Source: Tubulanus polymorphus (lineage: Eukaryota > Animalia > Nemertea). From it: 64,000 bases of DNA. The notes beneath the pieces are model-generated. The model searched no databases and was not told the DNA's origin. It saw nothing but the letters and a program-made list of their open reading frames with translations. Of this stretch, positions 25,421 through 35,312 are shown piece by piece. Location of the stretch: the NCBI RefSeq assembly GCF_964204645.1, contig NC_134028.1:18359653-18423652 (forward strand), in the 5' to 3' direction. The position numbers were made by a program, and so were the translations under genes. Positions within the stretch are counted from its first letter, which is position 1. Every line of letters begins with the position of its first letter.

Positions 25421-26015
25421 TTATTTTAGTTAATTTTTGTTCTGATTCATTTTCTGTTTCGCCGTTTGGTTGTAGTACATCTGTTTCGTTCTTACCTGAT
25501 TTATATTCCATAGGCTTGATGTTCGAAAATGTTATGACGCTAGTAGAAATTAATGTCATAACCGATCCTAATTGAAATGAAGCATAACCAACCCATTTTT
25601 GTAATTCAGTCATAACTAAGTAGTCATTTTTCAAATCACTATATAATTTATTTTCATCATCAATTGATATTAACTGGTTACATAACTTAGAATAACATTT
25701 GACAATACCATCTGAAATAGAATAATTTATTCTAGCTAATCTAGCTTCTTCATAAATCTTAAAATATTTTATTACTTTATCGGGTTTCATAGCATCTAAT
25801 TCTTGAAAAGTTATTATTTTTCCCAAGAAATCCTTAGATTTCCCGCCAGCAATTAATAATTCAAGATGATGCTTACAATTTAAGTAGTATTCATAATCAA
25901 TATTGTTATTAACTTGAATAGAATTAGAAACAACTGTTTTTTTATTATCACTAATACCCAAATCATCTTATGTTTTTTCAATATCAATACTATTCTTACT
26001 CGATTTCTTTGACAT
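25413..26015 (-). pseudogene. Hypothetical viral protein (about 200 aa), in-frame stop at codon 16
   Basis: The TAAATG start at 26015 is in frame with the 25961 ORF, and its end overlaps the next start. Confidence 0.6.
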
Positions 26016-26694
26016 TTATATTAGAGAAATTTAATAAGAAAAATATTATAAGTATTATAAAATGATACTAGATAGTTAAAGTTAAAGAATTCTAGTATTG
26101 ACTACTGATACTAGCTATTTGAATTTAAAGAATTTCTATTTGAATCTATTCAATATATAAAGTATTCTCTTTTTGAAAAGAAAATATTAAAAATATAATA
26201 GAATTCACTAGCTAGTTGAAGTTATTGTTTTTTTTATTATATTTTATTAAGATTAGGATTTAATATCTCACTACTATTGTCTATCTATTAGGAGCAGTAA
26301 TTATAACTGTCCAGATAAGTCATTTCGGATTCTCGATAATAAATCCTAAAACTGAAAATAAATTCAAAGAAACGACTAGTGGAAATACTATTTCATAAAC
26401 ACATATATTTTATTCTACAATCATTATCGATTTCCACATTCCAAGCCGCGCATTTCATGCGCGGTAAGGTATGCGTGGAATGCAGGAATCAATAAAGTAT
26501 AATACAACATCTGTCACTGTGTGTCATTAACAACAGCTTAATGACGCAATTGAAATTCCGGCAAACGTAATGCATTGAAAGCCTATACAGTAAGGCTAAA
26601 CTGCTACAGTATCATGAGTTGAAATATCCATCCATCTTCACTTTCTTGATTCAATGGTCTTCATTTTGTTATCTAAAAGATAAATATCTAGCGT

Positions 26695-27670
26695 AGAACA
26701 AGAGCCCCAAGGGGCACAATGGCCAGCCTGTCAGATTTGCTTTTTATAAATGATGTAATCTGTGGGTTATATTTATCAATATACACTCCCTGCTCAATGT
26801 CATTTACATAGTACAATCGTGTGTTAACACAGACAGCAGGAGCGAATGTAATATAGAAATACTAAGTTATTGTATTATTCAACGCCCCTGGTGGCCATAT
26901 ACAAAAACCAATGAGCTTGAAACTCACCAAGATCATAGACCATGTCATGAGCTACAACTTTCCAATTGATTGTGGTAGCAAAATATGCATAGGTACGAAT
27001 GTAATATAGAAATACTAAGTTATTGTATTGTTCAACGCCCCCTGGTGGCCATAAACAAAAACCAATGAGCTTGAAACTCACCTCAATCATAGAACATGTC
27101 ATGAGCTACAACTTTCCAATTAATTATGGTAGCAAAATATGCTTAAGTATCAAAATGATGTGGCTAAACTTTTTTTCCACCTACGAATGAGTACTGATGA
27201 CCCCAAGATGGCCGCCAATTGCGTCATAATTGCCTGGTCAAAAATACCCTCTCAGATATAAAAGATCCTTTTCCAAAGAATACCCATTACAAATTGCAAT
27301 GAAAAATGGCACACCATTAGAAAGCTACAGGACTCAGAATTCAGGCCAAGATTAACATTTTTGGGAACAAAAAAGGTCACAGGACGGCCATCTTGAGTCC
27401 GATCGACCCAATTTTTCTCATGCCGATGGGCCCTTGGGGGATACAAATATATACGAATGATCAAGGTTATTGATAAAAGTGTCTTCAAAATTTCCCTCGA
27501 AAACTTCAAAAATGTGTAAAAAGTGCTGATTTTGGCGAACAACAATGGCTGCCAGTCGGCCATCTTGAATCTAACAGGGCCAGTTTTTGGCCTGAAGATG
27601 TGTCTAGGGTAGATACACGTATAAACCAAATATCAAGACATTACCTTGAAGCGTCTTCAAAACTTTGGAA
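26695..27670. repeat. Host interspersed repeat (Helentron/DINE-like) with a 153-bp tandem pair; related copy at about 48430-48630
   Basis: Units start at 26843 and 26996. Segment 27510-27665 aligns with 48430-48576 (ggccatcttgaatct..cagggcca), which is followed by a GACG/GGAC microsatellite. Confidence 0.6.
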
Positions 27671-29543
27671 CTCTCACGAACTATCTAGATGGTTATCTCT
27701 CGACTCAATAGCTTCAAGACCCATCTCAAAACAACTTTGTTCCATGCAGCATACCATTAACTCTCGGAAAGCGAATTGGATTTAACATTTTTTTTTGGCA
27801 GAATAAAATTTGATTGAATTTGCAATTTGAGCACATGGCTAATTAGCATATCAAGTTCATACACTCGATTTGGGAAAAGCAATTTTTTGCGAACCTTGCG
27901 CAATTGTCAAGGATGAATTTTCTGTAGAGCAAATAAAAATTCCTCCCAAACACCAAATCAACTAAAGATTTCATAGAAATCGATCTTGAAATACGATTTT
28001 AAATCTTAAAATAAAACCCGGAAGTAAAACAATAGACGATACCGCGGGTTCACGTGAACACCTGATTTCTGTAAACGAAACGTTGGTTGTGACAAAATTG
28101 TTCAGACGGTTATAGGTGGTAATTATTACGGAAACGTAACGACCATGGTCGACTTATTCGATGAAATCAGGCCTATGTGATATCCAAATTTTGACTTTTT
28201 TTATTCTCCAGACCTCCCTGATATAGAAATAAAAAATTTTGGTGGTACGAATAGTGCAATCACAGCGCCGACGGCGACAGAGCCGTGTCAGAGATCGGCG
28301 GAGTGAAAATTGCGGAGGTGGACGAACACGAAGAAGTAGGGTATTGAGCTACTTGAATCGCGAAAACTCCTGGCGCGGCCCCGACGCTTTTCGTTGATTA
28401 AGTAGTACAAATATCAAGCAATGGGTTTTCACCACAATCTACCGCCGGTGTTTACCGGATTTCAATATCACTCCAAAATTCAAAGAAACCTCGAAATATC
28501 GAACCGCAACACTTTCGGTAGATATCCGCAGCTGCCCAACCGGGAAACTTATTTGTTGATAGCATCGATAGGATCCATCATCTTCTCCCGTCAAGGGATT
28601 CGAACCCACTAAGCTAAAGCCGTGCCAGAATCGGGTCGAGCCAATCACAGCGCTTGTAACAAACCACATTAGGCTTCTGTGGAATTTCCCTAGTAAATGG
28701 GCCAATCAGCGAACACGTAGCGAACGCGGAAGTATTGTCGCGTGTTGATACATGACGTCATGCGCAAAAGCGCCAGTAATGAAATCACGATAATTCACGT
28801 GAACAGCTGCTGATATTTTTAGATAAACCAATCACAGGGAAGACACAACTTCCTGATTGGCTGATAAAAATTGAAATTTTCCCGATTTTATTTTCGTGAA
28901 AAATGCAGAAAACATTTTTATGAAAGCCTATTTCAAAATTCTGCTCGCTACGATTCCGAGAATGGATTACGCTTAAATACGTGATTTGTTCGAATATGCC
29001 CTCACTTGGCAAGCAAAAGAGCCTTTTGTGTGGAAACCATGTCATTTAAATTCGCTCCATTTGTATAGTAATAGGCTCAGCCTACGGCTGGCCTAATAAA
29101 ACTAACTTGATGTTGTAGTTGTAAAATATTAATTACAACACTTAAACATGGTCATTTGTGGCGCATCTTACCAGGGTAAGTTTTACATGTTTAACGTTTC
29201 CCGACGCCTTAATAACAACAAAAACAAGTACTTACATTTATAACTGTAAACTCCTAAAATTGTGTTTATAGAGAGAATATCCTATGCGTTCCTATGCTTA
29301 TGTGCTGCGCGCTTATAACTGCCAGTTATTCACTAGCTAAACACTGTCTGAGCAATATATGTTCCTTCGTAATGTAATTGATTAATCCTTTTCAACTGAA
29401 ATAGCACATTCGATCAATATTCAAATGAGGTACACCCCATTCAACTGAACATAAAATGCGGCACAGAAGTTTTTGTAAACAACCTAATACAATTACATAT
29501 AGGCGGTTTGACATAGTTTGAGAGTAACCGGTTTTCTAAGCGT

Positions 29544-30197
29544 TTAAGCTTCAACGTATTTTTCATTATTTGTTGAATTCCATAATTCAACAAATGTCTT
29601 TGCTTTATCCAGTTGATCTAAATATAACTGTAAATCTAGTTTATTAGATTTAATTGTGTTTTCCTTCTTTTCTAAAGGTCTTAAATTTCTCCAGCTCCAG
29701 ATTAGCTTCTTATTATGATCATCACTCATGTCAAATTTAGAAATCGGCAACACATGATCAATATGAAAGTATTCACCATAATTATCTATATTAATTTCAT
29801 CGTCGAATTGATATATTATCCATGATATGAAAAATTCATCTGAACAACCCAATAAATTAGATAGTGTTTCTGAATGCGTTTCTTTGTTGAATAATTGTGT
29901 TAATCTAGATCTTAAACATTGTTTCAATCTAAAATTAAGATCTGTTTGATATTTTCCTCTCATATATTCTGCCATATAATAATTATAATGTTCTATATTA
30001 TCTTCTCGATATTGTTTGGTATATAGTTTAGTACAAGTTTTACAGCAATATTGAAAACCATCTTTGCTAATCTTACGCTTACTAAATTCTGTTAAAGCTA
30101 ATTTATCTAATTCACACTTAGAACACTTCTTGTAGTATATATTTATAACACCAGTGTTATTTGTAATATTAATACTTTGTGGTTGTTCTGGCTCCAT
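29544..30197 (-). CDS. HNH-type endonuclease with N-terminal Cys4 zinc ribbon, of the kind common in large DNA viruses
   Basis: Intact 217 aa: KKCSKC..EF...KDG....CKTC; LLGCS; FHIDHVLPISKFD..WRNLRPL..KEN. TAAATG start. Confidence 0.75.
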   Translation of the reverse strand: MEPEQPQSINITNNTGVINIYYKKCSKCELDKLALTEFSKRKISKDGFQYCCKTCTKLYTKQYREDNIEHYNYYMAEYMRGKYQTDLNFRLKQCLRSRLTQLFNKETHSETLSNLLGCSDEFFISWIIYQFDDEINIDNYGEYFHIDHVLPISKFDMSDDHNKKLIWSWRNLRPLEKKENTIKSNKLDLQLYLDQLDKAKTFVELWNSTNNEKYVEA

Positions 30198-31235
30198 TTA
30201 TTATACATATTTTTTTACTAAATTGGTTAATATTTTAGAACCCTCTTCCATTTCTTCGACCAACGACATCCTTTTTCATTCCTCGTTGCTTTTGATAAGT
30301 CGTTTCAATTCCTTGATATCAAAACGCATGCGCACTAGGCAAAACCGCGCATACAGGCGCACTTTTGCTTAATGCGCATGCGTTAATCATAATTGAAACG
30401 ACTGAACATAAAAATTCACCAATCAGATTTACACAATCCATTATACTAGTTGTTCAGTCGTTTCTTCCAATACACCATTTGATTTCTATATATAAAATCT
30501 ATAATTACAAACATTCTTTCAATTTTCAATTGCCGGTAAATATTTAACTACATCAACAAATGTTAAACTTAATCATTGGAGTCTTAATGTTTTTGAAATT
30601 CTTATATAGTTTCTTCGTCGATCTTTTGGTGATTCTTGTGGTTCTACGCCAGTTTCTATTGGTTCGATATCCATTGCTGTTGATTCCTCAGTCAGAAAGA
30701 GTATCTTGAGTTTCTCCATCGCTTTTTGATGTGTATGACGTTTTATTAATCTAAAAGATATCAGCGGTAACTCTAACTATCTAAAAGATATACCTAAAGG
30801 TTTCATATTTAATAGCCCCAATAACTACAAAAAACAGTACTTACATTTAGATTTAGAATTGTAAACTATAAACTCCTAATTGCGTTTCGAGAGAGAATAT
30901 CCTAAGCGTTTTGTTACAGCGTCTATTCAGTTCCGGTGCGATTTCGAAATGAACACGTCGTCGATAATGCCACGTCATCTAGTTCTTAGTTAGTACACCT
31001 TCTAGAATGTTCTACGCGTTTGCAATATTATGTCTCATATGTCTCGGCGTCATAGTAACAGCTGTGACAGCTGTGAATTTAGATTTATTCAATTATTTTG
31101 TAATACCAGCTGTTACACGAGGAGTCGCGCAATATGATTAAACGTTTCTATTAACTGAGAAAATCAATAATAAAGGCAACGTATCTTTATATAGAAATCA
31201 AATTATGTACAACGCCCGAACATACTTGTAAATAT

Positions 31236-31691
31236 ATTATCTTTATTAAAATAATCTTCACCTATATTTCTAATATGACTTTTAGATTTTAAATGTTCAT
31301 TATAATATCTTTTATCACTGAATGATTGATAACATGTATCACATTTGTATGTTTCGTTTTCATTCTTTAATTCTTCTAATTTAGTTTCTAATATATCATC
31401 TTTATATTCTAGTTTCAATTTATTCTCTAAATGTGTTTTAGTTTTATTGTGTCTTGATTTTTGGGATTTATCTATATTGATATTACATGTTGGACAGTAG
31501 TACTTATTTGCTTCCATTTTAATACTAAATTTTTTATTAAAATTGATTTTAGAAGTTATTCATTTATATTTTATTCATATATATGAATATTTTAAGAGTA
31601 ATAGGGGTTTAGTTGTTTCATATCAAAGGTTGAAGGGGCGAGTGAGTAAAAAATAAAAAATAAATTCGAGTGTGCGAGAATTTATTTTTTA
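31236..31691 (-). repeat. Inverted copy of 4921-5389 (polB upstream region plus about 90 codons)
   Basis: ORF 31517 (MEANKYYC...) matches ORF 5095 with about 6 aa changes in the first 84 aa and a 15-bp indel. The upstream non-coding sequence also matches. Confidence 0.95.
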
Positions 31692-31747
31692 TTTCTTACT
31701 CACTCGACCCTTCGACCTTTGGTATGAAACAACTAAACCCCTATTAC
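31598..31747. repeat. 150-bp fold-back palindrome
   Basis: 70-bp arms with 4 mismatches around the 10-nt loop GAGTGTGCGA. Confidence 0.92.
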
Positions 31748-31959
31748 AATAGTACATGTATCAATATTGACATAATCAACATGTCACATTACTCAATATG
31801 TTTTTGTAGTAATTAAATCAATAATTAATTTGTGTCTCTCAAACACGTCACTATGTGTTAGTTTGGGAGTCTTGATGTCTACAACTTGTCTGACACCTAG
31901 TTCTCACATCATACTCATGATTCTGTATATAAAGACTACGTAAAGTTATGATAATCATT

Positions 31960-32094
31960 CACATTCCGGGATGCAATAAAGATTGTACACGTTAGGTTTA
32001 ACTGCCTTGTTGTTCCTGATGGATAGAATCCTGTCCCGCTGGTGTAATTGCTAGTTCCTTAGCCAACCTGCGATACAACAACCAGCCGGTTACA
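31960..32094 (-). repeat. LTR-like fragment; related copy at about 50600-50737
   Basis: Both begin TGTAACCGGCTGG on the minus strand and share ggaactagca..cagcgg.acagg..ccatcaggaacaa. Confidence 0.55.
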
Positions 32095-32420
32095 GTTGTC
32101 CACCTCGTAACTGAGCAATTTGCATGAATGGTATTCGCGGACAAATTAACCGTTCGTCTAGAGGATAAAGTTCTAATTCAACAGGTTTTGATGGAAATGT
32201 CATTTTATTATAAACTGAACATGGAGGAATCTGTTCCTTTTTGATGTATCGCTGACATGTTTTACACACCCAATTTGACTCATTAAGTGAATTCTCAACT
32301 GAAGTGCATTGGAAAAATGTATGGTGGGAATGAATTGATGCAATGTCATTTACACTATGCCTATAAAACAGTTGTTCACAGATATGACACACATAGACAG
32401 GTCCTTCGGGTATTCGGCTG
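32095..32420 (-). pseudogene. Helitron/Helentron Rep-helicase N-terminal fragment
   Basis: C..CEQLFY, WVCKTC...K..IP and LDERLICPRIPFMQI..L.GGQ are typical of the region upstream of the Helitron Rep domain. Confidence 0.7.
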
Positions 32421-33029
32421 AGGACAAATAGACAAGCAGGTCAATATCATTAGTGAAAGGAGTCACACACCAACTATAAGAAGAACTCCGTACCACAACA
32501 GCGTGATGCTGTGTGTTGTTACTTTTCTAATCTTTTTTTAAGCCATGGGGCCGGGAGCCGCACACCTGAGTGAAGTCGGGGATTTTTGCATTTCTTTAAA
32601 GCCACTCCAGTCTTCGGAATGTTGGGCACTATCTTTTTCCTGTGGATGTACAACTACCCCTTCTTAACTATACTCACCTTAGTTATGCGGACGCAGGAGG
32701 ACTCTTGTAACGTCGCCTATATTGCCTAAAGCATTTACCTTACCCAATTGTTTACAAAACCGATTTTCATTGCCGGAGATGAGATACATCTCTTTTTTTC
32801 CGTAAAAAGGAGAGGATTCATTCGTAAGAGGGAGGAGACATACGTAACAGAAGAGGATTCATCGGTATAACTTCAGTGATCGGCCAGAAAACATGAACTC
32901 ACCATACATATATTAACATAGATATATATTTTAGATATCACCTTAGTGTCTTTTATGAAGGACTTGTTTCAACAATTAAACAGATACATGTACATTCACA
33001 CTAGGCAAAACGCGTAACGCGTAAAAGGT

Positions 33030-34510
33030 TACAGAAGAAACAGAAAACCCTAATAATCATGCGAATATCAATAGGGTTTTTAGTGAAGAAACAGAAAACC
33101 CTAATAACAATCAGTACAATTACAATAGGGTTTCTGCGAAAGCAGTAGAAATCCTCATAATAATCAACACAATTACAATAGGGTTTCTGCGAAAGCACCA
33201 GAAACCCTAATAGTAGTAAATATAGCTGCAAAGCAGCGACAACGGGTTTCTGCTTTACTGGTTTTAAAGTCGCACTAGGAAGCGCAAAATGATTCCACCA
33301 AAATAATGCACATAAGTTTATAACATGCAACTATTTTGAAGGAGCGCGACACATATCCGGGAAAGTGGTTCCACAAGGGTTACCACGTAAAAAGTACTGA
33401 TGTACCTTAATTGCTTGGCGCTTTCGTAGTTCCGTTGGGAGTTGCATGAACTAATCGTACCCGTTGGCATATGGCACTTACGCGTGTATACCATGTTTTT
33501 GATGTGATCCAGCTTGGAAACTGAATTAAACCACCTGTACTCAATAAATGCTAATTGATTTCAACATGCATTCGTGAAGCATTTTGATAATATCACATCA
33601 TTAAAGATCTCGATTTGTTCTATCAAGATCTGAATCTTATTCTGATGAGTTGACATTAAACAGAGATAAGAATATATCGCTGTTAATTTGATAAAAGATA
33701 TCTGTTTTATTGAAATATTTGAATATATGCAATACATATATGTGTGTACATGTTGTTGAATACATGTAAAGTTGTAGATCGCCAATAAAGCACTATTATC
33801 AATATTATTATAAAATAATTACTGATGGAATCCAAAACAATTAATCCCTTCAGGTCACATATTTTGTATGTAAAATGTCAGAAAACCCGTTATTGCTGCT
33901 TTACAGCTATATTTTACATTTGATTTGGTAGGTCATCTTGCTTAGGAGTCAGTTTGTCAAAGCATCGCAGCAATGCAGTCTTACTTGTTTACGTCTGTTG
34001 CAGCGTGGCCATTATATTGCTCACCTAAATCACTTACACAGCCCAATGTGTTTCAGTTTCTAAACTCCATCGTACTCGGCATTACAGGGACATTGAGGGA
34101 TTGGATTTTTGGCAACTGTGCCCTCAACTTGATTCGAGCAAAATACCTTAACTGACTTCATAGAATTTGATAATGGGTGTTGGATTTTCTAAATTACTGA
34201 ATGCTTTCTATTCTGCTCTGGTTTCAAGATCAATTCAAATTCGATCTTGAATACATAAATATTAGTCCAATAAATTTTCATTTCAGTGAAAGAAATTCTA
34301 CTGAACACAGATTTTGAAATGTATTAGGTGTTTGATGTATTAGTGTATTTTGATTTATCCAGGCGAAATAATTACAGCAAAATCAACTGTCGGTCAAAAA
34401 GGTGAAGTTTTCGTTTATCTTCGGATAAATCTGCGAAAGCAGCAGAAACCCTAATAATAATAATCAGTACAAGTATAATAGGGTTTCTGCGAAAGCAGCA
34501 GAAACCTAAT
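33030..34510. repeat. Array of hairpin repeats and a small inverted-repeat element (Helentron-like ends)
   Basis: AATAGGGTTTCTGC-GAAAGCA-GCAGAAACCCTAAT variants recur at 33030-33250 and 34430-34510. 33217-33250 is inverted at about 33880-33914. Confidence 0.65.
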
Positions 34511-35312
34511 TACAATGACAATTTCCATTTCGTAGCTCCTCAAATCCTCTTCATAAGATCATCCTCACGCTTTTTTTATTCATATCGTGGATTCCCTGAA
34601 TTGTCTGTCTTAGATGTAATCATTTATAAACAGTTTGATTATTCTTTAAAGGCCGAGGAGCAGTATGAAAGCCCAATTAATGTCAAAGATGGCAGTACCC
34701 ATGAAGCCAGTGTTCAAAGTAACCCCATATAATAATATGGTATGATAATATGGTATAAACAAAAAAACAATGTAATGAAGATAACTTGTAGACATTGAAA
34801 CTGTCTATCTCTAGCCCATGCGCCATCTACCGGAAAATACAAAAACAACTTCCTAAGTATATTAGCTATTATATACAACAGTCGTTTCAAATATATTCAA
34901 TGGATCGAAATATATCACTCAAAACTTGATTATTCAAACTAGTTGATATTCAATTCAGACTCAGTCAATTCATTCTTGAAATTGATTCATTCTGTAAAAT
35001 TCAGTTGATCATTTTGTTTTTAGTTTTTGAATGGCGATTGTCTGTTGTTAGTTTTTAAATGGCGATATGGCGATTGATTCAATAAATTATAATTGTTTTC
35101 GTAATGCATTTTTTCATAATTTTTTTTCTTTAAAAGTCGCTGCTGAAAATGATGGTGTAGGATGAAATATCAATAAAAATTGGTTGAAAATTTGTATCTG
35201 ATTAGAAAAATCACTAAAAATAGGCATTTTTGGCTCAGTACAGTAGGTGGGTATATGGCCAGTACCGGTACTAAAAGGGTTATTAATTTGGGAAAAATCT
35301 CTATACTTTCAG

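Larger units (their letters stand above)
4921..26275. mobile_element. Endogenous Maverick/Polinton-like DNA virus, decayed; boundaries uncertain
   Basis: Very AT-rich, compact, intronless gene array. PolB, penton-like and capsid-like genes on +, ATPase and integrase on -, in two convergent blocks. Many stops and frameshifts. Confidence 0.93.
9036..30200. promoter_or_regulatory. Recurrent TAAATG initiator motif at viral gene starts
   Basis: ATGs at 9039, 9410, 10179, 10785, 11228, 11670, 13075, 14530, 15800 (+) and 23926, 25420, 26015, 30197 (-) are all preceded by TAA. Confidence 0.8.

Noticed and set aside
5095-26015. Programmed frameshifting or an alternative genetic code to explain the broken viral ORFs
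   Set aside because: Lesions are mixed (TAA, TAG, indels, a lost ATG, deletions) and scattered, which fits neutral decay or some sequencing error.
4921-26275. Bacterial prophage or contaminant
   Set aside because: It has a chromodomain integrase, a nested BEL retrotransposon and animal transposon flanks, and no Shine-Dalgarno pattern.
28575-28640. tRNA gene on the minus strand
   Set aside because: Only a B-box/T-arm-like piece is present and no cloverleaf could be built; at most SINE-derived. The same applies to the motif near 40258.
33030-33250. CRISPR-like look: palindromic repeats with short spacers
   Set aside because: Spacers are related to each other, repeats are degenerate, there are no cas genes and the context is eukaryotic.
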